Of a DNA stretch of 64,000 nucleotides, positions 38,577 through 52,118 are shown in pieces. The position numbers and the translations under genes were made by a program. A model generated the notes under the pieces. It made no database searches and had not been told where the DNA came from. It saw only the letters and a list, made by a program, of their open reading frames with translations. The DNA is from Octopus vulgaris. Its lineage: Eukaryota. The stretch spans positions 101,804,001 to 101,868,000 of the forward strand of contig OX597814.1 of the NCBI GenBank assembly GCA_951406725.2, given 5' to 3'. How positions within the stretch are numbered: the first letter of the stretch is position 1; each line of letters begins with the position of its first letter.

Positions 38577-40429
38577 GTGAGCATTTGTTTTTTGTTTTTT
38601 GGTTTTTTTTGTTGTTTTGCCAAAGTCAGCCCAGATTTAGCCTACTTAAGATCAAAGGTATTCTAGTTATGACCAACCTGTTTTCCTAACATAGTTTGTT
38701 TTAGACTAAAATATCCAGTATGCCCTTTCTTTTTGATAAAGACAATTGACTGTGATTTAAGAGATTCGGCTGCTATTTTTTACAAGTCAAAATTTGCTTG
38801 CTAATTTTTTGCATGTTGCAATTTGGCTGCTATTTGTGGCAGATCAAGCTACCATATAAAGGGTCTTTCATTGTTGTTACTGCTCATCTCCAATATGTCC
38901 TTCCTTTTTAAGATAGTAGGGTATGATATGAGAAAGATTTGACTGCTGTTTCTAGCACGTCATGCAGCTACATAGTGGCTTCTTCTGTTGGCTTGTTTTT
39001 GAGATCATTAGGTCTTGGGGGATTTTCTTTTATTATTTATATCTGTTATTGATCTCTAAGATTGGGAGAAGGCTACACTTTGGAGGAGAGATATAGTCAG
39101 TCACATTGACGCTGTGATGATGGCAATTTCTTTGTACCTGAAAATCATGAGGAAGAGCAGCACACCTTCAAGTGGTTATGTGAACTGATCATTGATGTTG
39201 CAGGGCATATTTCCTGCCTGCACTTAATAGCTTTAAAGTGAGTATCAGTCCACACAATCCGATCCTACTCTTTAGAATTGGTGGCCTGACCACAGCTACA
39301 GTGACCAACAGGCCTGACCACAGCTGCAGTGACCATTAAGCTATAGGTTTTTTTTTTACATTGGATTGACTTTCTTCTAGGTGAATTGCCATACAGGACT
39401 GGTGAGCTCAGCCTACCCTGGAGTTGCTGGAGAACTGACTGAATAGTCAAATGTATTCCAGCCATGACCATCTTACTTTTTTTGTTAAATGTAATTGTTT
39501 AGCCCTCAATTGGTCTGATTAAGCAAACCTATGATCCAAACTTTTCCATCATTGATTGTCCAATTTTGTAGGGTTGTTTAGGACTTCGTTAATTAATGGG
39601 TCTTTTCTGTTTCACAGTAGTGTATACTTTGAGGGAGATTTGGTTGTGATTATTAGCTGGTTGGTCATCCACAGAGGTTTGCTTATCTCAATCAGGGAAA
39701 GTGTTCTCTGGACTCCATCATTCAAAATTTCCTTCTTTCTCTATGCTAGTAGGGTATATAATGGTGGAGATTTGGCTGCTATTTCTAGCAAGTCAAATAA
39801 TAACATAGAGATTTTCTTGCTGGCTTATTAGCAACTGAAGTGAATGGTGCCTGAATACAGTACGTGAAAAGCTGAAGAACTGTATTACATTATCCAAAAG
39901 TACAATGCTTTCATTTTCAAGTCCAACTGCCTAGAATCACTGGTTACAGATTAGTTCTAAATATGTTTTAGATTCAGAAGTAACTTAAGCAATTTAACAA
40001 ATGCTTTTAGAGGGAAGATTGGGCTAGTAAAGCCCACACCTAGGAAATTATTCTTGGATCTTATCAGTTAACACTACAGAATTTTCAAGATACAAAAATA
40101 TAGTTCACATTCTTTAGCTATTGAGCTTTTTCAAGGCAACTATAGTTGCAATTAAACACTGAGGCTACTTATTAGAATAATAGCAAATCTAATATCAGTG
40201 GCTATGATGCCTATTATGGTGAAAATGCAAGATGTTGTAGCAGCACTGGAGGCTGGATCAATTTCACTAAGTAATAGGGCAAAGGATATTTAATGTGTCT
40301 GTAAGTCTGCATCTTATGTGTCTATAGTTTCCAATGAATACAGCATACTAAGACCATTTCCCTGAAGTTACCCTTAACTCTTGGTCTGGCTACCATGCTT
40401 GGAATTTCCTCTCCAGCTTCAGCTAAGAG

Positions 40430-40585
40430 TACTAGGCTGTCAGCATATAGGAATTCCAATGGATAGCTAATCTTAAATTCCTCTGTAATGGCTTTAAAGA
40501 CACTATAATGAATGAGAGGGGACTGATGACTGAACCATGATGAACTTCTTCCTTGGTGTCAAATTCATCACTGACCTTCACTTTA
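40430..40585 (-). pseudogene. RTE reverse transcriptase fragment
   Basis: SDEF....VHHGSVISPLSFIIV.../EFLYAD corresponds to decayed QGSxLSP and YADD motifs. Confidence 0.65.
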
Positions 40586-40762
40586 TTTATGTGTATACAT
40601 ACATAGATATGTACATATATACTTGCATTCATTCATTTATTCACTTAGGCATAGCAATACTAATAACCTAGTGTTAGAATTCAGTGTACATATACTTTAG
40701 ACAAAGCAGTAATAAGAAATTAAAATGACAAGGGAATAAGAAATTATGTCATGAATTTCATT

Positions 40763-40841
40763 AGCTTACAGTTGTCTTCTATAAGATGCAATGCACTAAT
40801 AGTTGAATGCTTGTGAATCTCCCTATAGCTTCATCAGAGCT
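40763..40841 (-). ncRNA. Degenerate hammerhead ribozyme with extended stem II
   Basis: Minus strand AGCT-CTGATGA-AGCTATAGG...CTTATAG-AAGAC-AACT-GTA-AGCT. Stems I and III are placed correctly but the GAAAC box is mutated. Confidence 0.45.
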
Positions 40842-40882
40842 TTAAACATGAAGTGCTATTTTATTTGGAAAAGCATTTACTT

Positions 40883-40950
<68 letters not shown>

Positions 40951-41939
40951 CTCTCTCTTTCGGAGAGGCACTGAGCAGCTATATGCACACATACACACCC
41001 GGCAGTAACTCCCGCCTACCGAATTCAATCACAAAGCTCCGGTCGGCTCGGGGCTATAGCGGAAGACACCTACCCAAAGTGCCACGCAGTGGGACTGAAC
41101 CCAAAACCATGTAGTTAGGAAGCAAGCTCCCTAACCACACAGCCATACCCGCGCCTACATATATATATATATATATATTACCAACAGAAGAAGCATAAAC
41201 ATATGTAGGAAATGAAGTCAAGAGTTTGAGGTGAGGAAATCCTCTCCCAGAAGTGGATTATGATACAATTTTATTTGAATATACGTTTAAGAACAGGTAT
41301 ATGAAAAACCACTACAGAAGTAATTAAAAGTGAAAATCTCTAAAAATATATCTTGGGAATGGAGACAGATTGAATGTGACAAAATTCAAGACAATGAGAG
41401 AAAGAGAAAAAAGAGAAACAGCATTTACAAGAGTCAGTAAAAGATTTTTCTACATAAGGATCCTTGTCAGATTTCCAATTACCAGACCGAGAGGGATGGA
41501 CTGGTGGTGGGGGAGAAAATGAAGCAACAGTGGCAAACATATATCTTCATACATATAACATATAGACACACACAGATGCATATACACACAAGTATACTTC
41601 TATACATGCAGCAAAACGTGTGTATGTTTGTGCATGAAGGTACATGGCTTAATGGTTAGGGTATTTGGCTCATGATCATTTCCTGGTGATGTGTGGTGTC
41701 CTTGAGCAAGATACATTATTTTGCATTGCTCTAGTCCACTCAGCTGGCAGAAATGAGTTGTACCTGTAATTCAAAGGGCCAGCCTTATCACACTCAATTT
41801 CATACTGAATCTCCTTGAGAAATATGTTAAGGGTACACATGTCTGTGGAGTACTTAGCCACATGCACGTTAATTTCATGAGCAGGCTGTTTCATTGATCA
41901 GATCACTGGAATCTTTGTAACTAATATACATACACACAC

Positions 41940-41981
<42 letters not shown>

Positions 41982-41985
<4 letters not shown>

Positions 41986-42212
41986 CTTTACTGCCCACAT
42001 GGGGCTAAACATAGAGGGGACAAACAAGGATAGACAAAGGGATTAAGTCAATTACATCGACCCCAGTGCGAAACTGGTACTATATTTATCGACCCCGAAA
42101 GGATGAAAGGCAAAGCCGACCTCGGTGGAATTTGAACTCAGAACGTATGACAGTCGAAATATTGCTAAGCATTTCGCCCGGCGTACTAACGTTTGTGCCA
42201 GCTCGCCACCTT
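41982..42212 (-). mobile_element. Family B SINE
   Basis: Homologous to 5135-5365. Confidence 0.85.
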
Positions 42213-42216
42213 AATG

Positions 42217-42251
<35 letters not shown>

Positions 42252-42345
42252 ACATATATATTTAAAACCAAACAGTTTGTTTATTAAAATGTTGTCGCAT
42301 TCAAAAAATGTTAGCTTGAAAATTTATGGTAATTGTTGTCTGGGA

Positions 42346-42415
42346 GCTATTTAGCTTAATGTTAAAGCACTCAGCTGGTACCTGAGGGGTACAGGTTCAA
42401 TTCCTGTAGCTGGCA
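42346..42415 (+). tRNA. tRNA-Thr(GGT)-like sequence (probable pseudogene or SINE head)
   Basis: D stem GCTT/AAGC, anticodon stem CTCAG/CTGAG with loop CTGGTAC, T arm ACAGG-TTCAATT-CCTGT, imperfect acceptor stem. A T-run follows immediately. Confidence 0.5.
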
Positions 42416-42850
42416 ACTTTTTTCTGTTTTATAAGGGTAGATATGCAATCTTTCTGCTTTCTCACAGGTAAGCCGTGTTTGAAATTTACTTTCTTGTTTG
42501 TAATATATATATGTATATATATCTGTTAATAATATTTATAAGGGATCACTGTGTATTGACTAAAGAAAATAGTATAGTCAATACATGGTGATTGCTTATA
42601 AGGTTTAAAGCTTATATTATTATTATTTACAGAATTGTTACTCATCCCCATTCATTTATTGCAGAAAACATACACATATATATCTATATATATACATGTG
42701 TATATACATGCATACACACAAACACATATACTATAGGTGCAGATATCTACACATAAGCCTATATGTAGTTACATACGGGGACACACCCATTAACACACAT
42801 GCACACACACACACACACACATATGTACACACACATAAATATAGTGAAAA

Positions 42851-43222
42851 GGCGTAGGAGTGGCTGTGTGGTAAGTAGCTTGCTTTCGGACCACATGGTT
42901 CCAGATTCAGTCCCACTGCATGACACCTTGGGCAAGTGTCTTCTACTCTAACCTCGGGCCTTGTGAGTGAATTTGATAGATGGAAACTGAAAGAAGCCCA
43001 TCGTATATATGTATATATATATGTGTCTATGTGTTTGTGTATCTGTGTTTGTCCTCCAACACCACTTGACAACCGATGATGGTGTGTTTACATCCCTGTA
43101 ACTTAGAGGTTCGGCAAAAAGAGACCGTTAGACTAAGTACGAGGCTTACAAAGAATAAGTCCTGGGGTTGATTTGCTTGACTAAAGGCAGTGCTCCAGCA
43201 TGGCCACAGTCAAATGACTGAA
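42851..43222 (+). mobile_element. Family A SINE (sense to the host gene)
   Basis: Full head-to-tail homology with the other copies. Confidence 0.85.
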
Positions 43223-43412
43223 ACAAGTAAAAAGAGTAAAGAATGCATGTATATTGACAGATGTACATGGATAGATATATGTACATATACACATACCTAC
43301 AGATATATATATATGTGGGTATATACAAATACATACATGCACAAATATATACACATGCATACATGTACTCATACAAATATAGATATATATATACTTATAC
43401 AGGTGTTATATT

Positions 43413-43489
<77 letters not shown>

Positions 43490-46267
43490 ATATATAATAT
43501 TTATAATCGAGTTAGTTGATGAGTAAAATAAACTAGTACTGAAATATAACCTCTTAGAGCTACAGGAAATATTCCAGTTGTAATGGATTGATAAAGAACT
43601 CTATGGAAAGGTCAAATAACATTATTATCTCTATCAGATTATTAATACGTAAAATATGAGGTGCTTAGAAGTATTTAGCATATTTAAATAGGACTTTAAC
43701 CAAATCAAAATAGTTATAGGCAAGCATTAAGTCGGCTCTGCCTGTTAGATGTGCACTTCTGATGTGAATTTACTGGCAATGTGGTACTTATTTACATCTT
43801 CATTAGTTGCTGACTGCAAAACTGAGTATAGTTTTAAATATATTCATATTAGAGGTGGAGCCAGAGAGTTATAAGAACTGTAAAAACTTCTTTTATTCAA
43901 TCATAAGCAATATACAGTGTAAATATCTTTACATAAAGAACTTAAATCATGAAAATCAACATTAAAATGATGTCGAATAGAGATAACTTAATGCCTGCCT
44001 CTAAGCAGTCTGATTCTGTTAACTAAAATTCCATTTTTTTAATGTGCTAAAGAGATTTGGGTATCAGATATTTTTTTATATACTTGTGGGTGTGAGTGTA
44101 TTGTTTTGGCTTGATCTTTCTGTAAGCATAACTACATTTTCATATATTTTTTTTTAGCGCATGTATGTTTGTTGGTGTGTAGCTCTGTGTTTTTTTATGG
44201 ATCTGTCACTCAGTGTATATGTGTTCAGAGTGAGAAATGGAGGATGGCTAACTTCCCTTATCAGTTAGAAGAGTGGGGTAGGTAATTTACATAGAGACAC
44301 ACATACATAGACTCCTGTATAGATAGAAACATGCACGTATTCATAGATGTGTGTATAGGTACATACACATGTGCATATACATACATAGGTAGGTATATAG
44401 ACTCAAACACATAGAGAAACAGGCAGATATACTTATGTATTATAAACAAATATGTGTTTCAGTTATGAATCCACTTTTATGGCCTAAGTTACTGACATTA
44501 CTTTCATAAATAAACTCAACTTATCAAACCCTTGGTGGCATTGGGAAAGTTTCCCACTTGAATGATGGATGCTTTTATATTTGTTTTTTTCCTTCAAATT
44601 AAGATTCCTTTGTAGAGATTTGTATTTTGACTTGATTGACTATGTCGACCTGTCTAAACATTTTTAAGCTTAAACCCTGCCTGTCCAAAGTATTTTCATA
44701 AGTCTTTCTTAAACATCCATGCTTGTTTTCAGACTTTTAGTTTGCCCCTGTTTCACAAGTTCTGGGTAATATAAAGCTTTCCTTTCATAAGTCCTAAGTT
44801 ACTCTGGTGGTTTAAAAAAAAGATTGGGAATGTGTGTCATATATGATACATGGAAGATAGGCAAATATGTCCTGTATACCACACATGTGATATACAAAAT
44901 AGGCAAAGGGTTAAAAAAACAAGGATTTTTCTAACAGTTAATGCACAATAAATATAACTCAACTGGCTGTTCTTTGATATTTGACTATGATTGAACTCAT
45001 TTTACATTGTTCCAAAAGTTAGATTATATTAACACAAACCTATTGAATCTCAGACTTTTACAACAGCCTCAACATCAGATTTTAGCTATTATCTTTTTTT
45101 TTTTCCATAGCCAATATTTATTTCTCTTCAGTTATTGTTATAATCTTTTTCATCTTCTCTTTCTTCCCCCACCACATCCCACCACCACAACTTTTCCGTT
45201 CAAATAATTCAAAACTTTAAAAACAAGTATGAAAAATAACTTTATGAAGAAGAATTATTTATAAGTTAACTTTGATGATGCCAAAATTTAGAAACAAACT
45301 TTTATTTTTGCATTCTGTAATAAATTCTGTGCATAAGATATGAGTAAGTCTGTTTCATTATTCTTTCCATTTTTTAAAATTGATTCCTTTTTTTTACCCT
45401 TAGCATAGTCAATTTATCTTAAGTGTATATAATTTAATTTTAAGTTCTGAATATGTGCATGCCAATTCATAGCATATCAGATTATTATATTGCTTCTAGT
45501 GAAACTCTTTATGTATTATCACATAAAACTTGTGCATTCATCCCTGGAGGTTGTCAGGTTTTCTTTTCTTTTTTTTTGCTTTTGATTAAAAAAAAATTTT
45601 TTTTTAGCAATAATAGAATTCTAGTTTACAAAGAATTTTTTCTTAGCTGATTATAGTTATCTAATCACAATTCCTTTCAATTTGTTTATTCTAGTTTTTA
45701 TTTACATATTTATTTTTCATATTAAACTATATACTGAACACTTAGCTGTATCGATTCTGCTCCAGATTGTTTTATAATAGTGCAAAAATGTTCATAGAAC
45801 TTCGGGTTGTTTACTTGTTGTAACAATCACTAGAAATCTGAGAATAGAATGCATTTGTAATTAAATATCCAGAAGAAAAAAAAAAACAGCTTCTAGACTT
45901 CAGCATTTCTATTAGGTAGTGTACTAGTTTACAATTAGCATTTACATAATAATTTGGAAAAATTTCATCAGATATGTATAGTGATCAGAGATCTATTGTT
46001 GTGACCATCACAGAATGACATGGTTTATTATAATCTAAGATTGATTGATAAATACATTATTACATTCTAAACAATGCAAATATATAATTATAAGGAGTAC
46101 ATGTGAAATTGCTGGCTACTGTCCTTACTTGAGTAGTTTCATGTAAAGATGTTGCAGAATGTTACCATTCATACAAATGGCATACTTATACATACAATGG
46201 AACTTCATACAGATTCCATCTATTAATTCTATTCTAGCTTGAAACTTGAATTAAAACTACATATATA

Positions 46268-46790
46268 TCATCATCATCATCATCGTTTAACGTCCGCTTT
46301 TCATGCTAGCATGGGTTGGACGATTTGACTGAGGTCTGGCGAACCAGCTGGCTGCACCAGACTCCAATCTGATATAGCTGAGTTCCTACAGCTGGATGCC
46401 CTTCCTAACGCCAACCACTCCAAGAGTGTAGTGGATGCTTTTACGTGCCACCGTCATGAGAGCCAGTTAGGTGGTACTGGCAACGACCATGCTCAAATGG
46501 TGCTTTTTATGTGCCACCTGCACAGGAGCCAGTCCAGTGGCACTGGCAACGACCTCACTCGAATGTTTTTTTTTCACATGCCACCAGTACAAGTGCTAGT
46601 AAGGTGACACAGGTAACGATCACGCTCGAATGGTGTTTTTAACGTGCTATCGGCACAGAGGCCAGCTTGTGCTCTGGCAATGTTCTCACTCGTATGGTAC
46701 TCTTAGCGCTCCACTAGCAACGGATGCCAGTCACCGAGTTTGATTTCAATTTCACTTGCCTCAACAGGTCTTCGCAAGCAGAGTTTGATT
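46268..46790 (-). mobile_element. Family C repeat with internal tandem subrepeats
   Basis: Homologous to 55640-56100 in reverse; repeated TTTTAYGTGCCACC...TGGCAACGA units. Confidence 0.75.
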
Positions 46791-46929
46791 TCAATTTCAA
46801 TTTTATATATATATTATTTAATAGATACAATACATGTTTATGTGCTACTAATGGTTTCACATGTTGAAAAATACCTCAAACATATTCATAAGGTATAAAC
46901 CACTTATTGTAATGAACTAAAAATCAAAT

Positions 46930-47135
46930 TACTCCTTTACTTGTTTCAGTCATTTGACTGTGGCCATGCTGGAGCACCGCCTTTAGTCGAGCAAATCGAC
47001 CCCAGGATTGTTCTTTGGAAGCCTAGTACTTATTCTATCAGTCTCTTTTACCGAACCACTAAGTTACGGGGACGTAAACACACCACCATCGGTTGTCAAG
47101 CGATGGTGGGGGACAAACACAGACACAAAAACATG

Positions 47136-47171
<36 letters not shown>

Positions 47172-47325
47172 CGATGGGCTTCTTTCAGTTTCCATCTACC
47201 AAATCCACTCACAAGGCTTTGGTCGGCTACAGTAGAAGACACTTGCCCAAGGTGCCATGCAGTGGGAATGAACCCGGAACCTTGTGGTAGGTAAGCAAAC
47301 TACTTACCACACAGCCACTCCTATG
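46930..47325 (-). mobile_element. Family A SINE (antisense to the host gene)
   Basis: Homologous to 4294-4695. Confidence 0.85.
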
Positions 47326-49664
47326 CAGAGAAGAAATGTGAACAGTTGAGAAGGAAGCATATAGAAAACATAGTTCTAGGTTCACCTTGCGTGACACCTT
47401 GGGTGAGTGTCATCTACTATAGTCTCAGGTGAAGGTACATGGCATAGTAGTTAGGGTATTTGGCTCATAATACTAATGTCATGAGTTCACTACCTGGCAA
47501 CGCATTATGTTCTTGAGCAAGACACTTTATTTTATATAGATAGATAGATAGATAGAGATATTGAATGTTTTTAGTAGAGTATTTGTTGGATAATATATTA
47601 CATTATATGAAATATATTATTTAACAAATATTCTACTGAATACATTCTTCAAAAAAAAAGCTACACACACACACATACACACATCCAAAAAAACAACATT
47701 GTTCAACTTCTCACTTTGTACAATGTTGATAACAATACTGTTTTATCATTACAACCCTTTAGAAATATAGGCTGTGGTTTCAGCTTACAAGACAGTTTAG
47801 TAGAATTAACACAATGACCTCCTTTGTTGAGCAAATGTATGACCACTCATTATTTGATGCGCATATAATAGACCAAAATATCCTCTCTGTATTTTCCAAT
47901 CCTTATCAATTTCTTTAGTAATGAGTATCTCACCATGATTTATACAGATAGCAAAACATACTGCTGGAAAAAATTAGTAGTACCTGTATTTCAAAGGATC
48001 AGCTTTGTCACATCCTGTGTCACACTGAATTTCCCTGAGAACTGCATTAAAGGTACTCATGTCTGTGGAATTGCATGTTAATTTCATGAGCTAGTTGTTC
48101 CATTTATCAGATCAACTGGGACCTTCATCACTGTAACCAGCAGGGTGCCAGATCTTTTACTTGTTTCTGTCATTAGAGTGTAACCATGCTGGGGCAACAC
48201 CTTGAAGAATTTTAGTCAAATGAATCAACCCCAGAACTTAGATTTTTAAGTCTGGTATTTATTCTGTCAGTATCTTTTGCTGAACCACTAAGTTACAGGA
48301 ATTTAAATACACCAGGCTCAGTTGTTAAGCAGTTAGAGTAGGCAAACAAAAACACACACACACACACATAATTATATACAAGAAGCTTCCTTCAGTTTCC
48401 ATGTACCAAATTCATTCACAAAGCTTTATATTCCTATTCTTTGTCTTCATTGTTGTTCAGCTTCTAAGTTTTTGTATCATCATCTTAATATTGATAACTG
48501 AACCAAAAACAACAACAGTTGACCGTTGGTTTTGTTAAGTTATAAGTTTTGCTTAGAGCCTGTAAAAACCCAAAATTAGATTAGCAAAAACGCAAGGACA
48601 TGTTGAGTGAACAAATAGAAGCTATTATTTCTGAAGCTTTTGTGAAAATAACAGAAAAATAAATAGTATAGATGAGATCATACTTTCCTGTTATCATCGT
48701 AAGCATCATCGTCAGGTCAGTGGATTATTATTAAAGCAGTGGATGGGCAGAATAGTTAGAACATTGGAAAAATGGCAAGTGGTATTTGTTATAGGTATGA
48801 GTTTAAATCCTGCTGAGTTCAACTTTGCTTTTCATATTTCTTGGGTTGATAAAAATAAAGTACTAATCAAGTATTGGGATGGATGCTACTAACTAACCTT
48901 TTCATGCCCTTCTCTTAAAATCTTTGGCTTTTGTCTTAATCAGAAACCGTTATTGTTGTTGTTGTTGTTGTTATTATTATTATTATTATCTCAGGTTTTG
49001 TTGTAACTCCTATAGTCTTGCATGCATAACAGGCTTGCTGCCTGCAACCTACAGTATCATGCTATCAATTCTTTTCAATTATCTAATACTTTGCTGATTA
49101 TTATTATTAGTAGTAGTAGTAGTTTTTATAACTGCTATGATCAATTTAAGTCGTCTTCATTTTTCTATTTGTAAGTTTTAATATTTTCATAATATCATCA
49201 ATACGGACCAAGCCAAAAGTGACCACAATTGATTGAAGGTTACTTGCCCTCAACAGCCCTCAATAGCCAACACCCTTGCTTGGTCGCTTATAGTGACTAC
49301 CTTCTCACTCATTTTCACTGTCAACTGCATGATGGAAAGTAATATCTCCTCAGAAGTAGTTTGGTTTGCATTATTATGGAGAGATAAAGTTCTACTGCCA
49401 TAGAGACTTTCTCTGAGATAAATAGCTTTGTTGCTAAATCACCTCAGACTATAAGGGCTGCCTGGTAAATTTGGGAAAGATATGGGAAAATACAGCTTCA
49501 CTGCCATAGAGAAGGTAACCTGTTCAGAAAATTGGGCTATCTGAACAAACTTGATTTAATGAAAAGGGCTCTGCGATAACCACATGTAGGAGATCTGAAA
49601 CCTGCAATCCACAGCAGCTGCAACCCATTTAGGATAGGAGTTACTCTGATTAAAAACCAGCATG

Positions 49665-50057
49665 GGCACAGGCATGGTTGTGTGGTACGAGGTTTGCTTC
49701 CCAACCACATGGTTCCAGGTTCAGTCTCATTGTGGCACCCTAGGCAGGTGACCTCTACTATAACTTCAGGTCAGCCAAAGCTTTGTAAGTGGATTTGATA
49801 GACGGAAACTGAAAAAAGCCCATCATATATATAAATATGTGTGTGTGTGTCTTTGTGTTTGTCGCCCACCGCTGTTTGACAACCAGTGTTGATGTGTTTA
49901 CATCCATGTAACTTAGTGGTTTGGCAAAAGAGTCCTAGAGAATAAGTACTAGGCTTTAAAAGAAAAAAAGTTCTGGGGTCGATTCATTCTTCTAAATTTC
50001 ATCAGGGCTGTGCTCCAGCTTGGTCACAGTTAACTGAAACAAGTAAAAGGTAAAAGA
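49665..50057 (+). mobile_element. Family A SINE
   Basis: Homologous to 42851-43222. Confidence 0.8.
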
Positions 50058-51191
50058 TAGTGTAGAGGGAATATTTTAGTCCTAACAGACAATCTCTCTA
50101 GTCCATACTGTAAAGGCAACGTCGGTCAGCAAGGAGTCTGAACAAATACTGTGTGGCACTTAGTTTGATATTTCAGCCAATGCTCATTCTTGGACTGGTA
50201 CTTTATTTTACTGACCACAGGAGGATGGCAGACAAAATTGATCTTGTTGGAATTTGAACTTGTGGCATAAAGATCCAGAACAAATACTGTAAAACATTCT
50301 GCATGTGAGTGTGCACTCATGTACACACATGTATGTCTAGGTTTGGAAGATTCAGTCAGGGTTAGATATAGATGTCAAGTGTGGAAATGGAGAAAAACAA
50401 ATTAAGGGAACATAGTTTCTCAGATACATCTCACCACCACTTCTCTGTTGCTTTCAATAATCTGAAGATGAATTAACAAGTCAACTGACCTGTTAATACA
50501 ACAGTTAAATCTTCTTCTCTCAGATTTTCAATATAGTCTTAATCCCAATTAATTAGAACTAAACGTAATAATCAGAAAGCTAATAAAAAAAAAATGCTTG
50601 AATTAACAAATAGGATAATGATCCAGACAGCCTTCTCTAGAATACCCAGTTAATGCATTTTTATGTATTATTTGACGCATTGCTTATTCAGTGCATGGTG
50701 TGTATTATCATTCAATGCTTGATTGATGACTAGTTATTATATCATTATTCAATGCATGATTCAGGAATATTTATGTACCAGTCAGTGTAATGATTGATGA
50801 ATAGTTTATTATTAAATACAATGTTGATTGTTTATTATTTAATGCATGATTGATTAACAGTTGTGTATTATACAATGTAAGGTTAATGAATTATATATTA
50901 TTCAAATCTTAATTCAAATCCTACTGTAGTTTTCCTAGAATTACTATCATAAAAGATAGTATTGCCCTCCCCAAAAAAACCAGTGATTCTGCCAATGTTT
51001 ATAACCCCCCCCCCCCCCATCACACCTCACAAAAAGATTAATTAATAAGTAGCAGATTGTAAAATAAATATCAAATATAAGACAACTAAGAATAAACTGC
51101 TACCTTCAAGCATTTAATAACATCCATTCAGTGGATAAAAACAATGGAACCATTTGAAGCATTACACAATATTAGCATTTCCTACTATCAC

Positions 51192-52025
51192 ACAAGGTGC
51201 ATTCCAGTAGTTTCCAGACTTCTTCAGGAAAGACATCAATTAATTTCAAAAAGTACAAAATCCTAATCTCCTTCTAAGTAGGATCCTCTGACTTCAATGC
51301 ATTTGTTGTAGCACTCTAGCCCCATTGAAGACCTCCAAAATAAAGGTTTCCCAGACCACTGTCACAGTCTCCTTTGTTTTAAAGGCAATTGCCCCTGAGG
51401 TTCTCCTTCAGTTTGGGGAACAGCCAAAAGTCACAGAGAGCAAGGTCTGGATTGCAGGAAATGTGAGAGGCAGCTTTTATGCCCATCACTGAACACCCAG
51501 GGCACAAACTTTGCACATGTTCAGATCTTCATCAGTAATTCCATGTACAGTTGCCACACCAACTCCAAACTACATGTTTATTGTCTGTCTTTATAAATAC
51601 ACAATGGTCTTCATTGAGAAAATTGCCAATTTTTTTTCAGCCAGCTCTGATGTTCTGACATCCCTCTCCTTTCCACACCTCTTATCTCTCACCTCCTCTC
51701 TACTGTCCTTGACCCTCTTGTGCTAGCAAAGAAGTTAATCCATAAGAAGTTTGAAGCATTTCATAAGTTTCTGTAGTGTTTTTGCCCAGTCTAAAACATG
51801 GTGAGCTTCCAAACATAGCTGCATTCTGCAATCTAGTCAGCTGTGACAAGCAGTGCTTAATAGTATGTTTAAAGTGCTGTTACAGCCAGCTCTTTCAATC
51901 TAGAATAACAAAAGTTGGCAGGTCAGCTTATTAGATGTGTAGTAATGACATAGAAAAATTGCAATAATCTAGGACAGTATAACCACCTCGTTGAAGAAAG
52001 TCTCAAAACTTCAGGAATTCACCTC
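51192..52025 (-). mobile_element. Old mariner-like DNA transposon remnant
   Basis: Degenerate TIRs (CAAGGTGCATTCCAGTAGTTTCCAGACT / AGTCTCAAAACTTCAGGAATTCACCTCA) around decayed internal sequence. Confidence 0.45.
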
Positions 52026-52118
52026 ATATTACATAATACATACACTTTCCAACTATATTAACCTGATACTAAACCACATATATACTGCAGTGCACAACAG
52101 TTCTATGACACTATAGTA

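Noticed and set aside
43670-44052. Diverged ~70-bp inverted repeat pair
   Set aside because: Heavily gapped and without clear strand bias. Most likely an old MITE remnant.
50650-50905. Degenerate ~30-bp tandem repeat (TTATTCAATGCATGATTGATGA)
   Set aside because: Ordinary AT-rich decayed minisatellite with no evident conserved structure.
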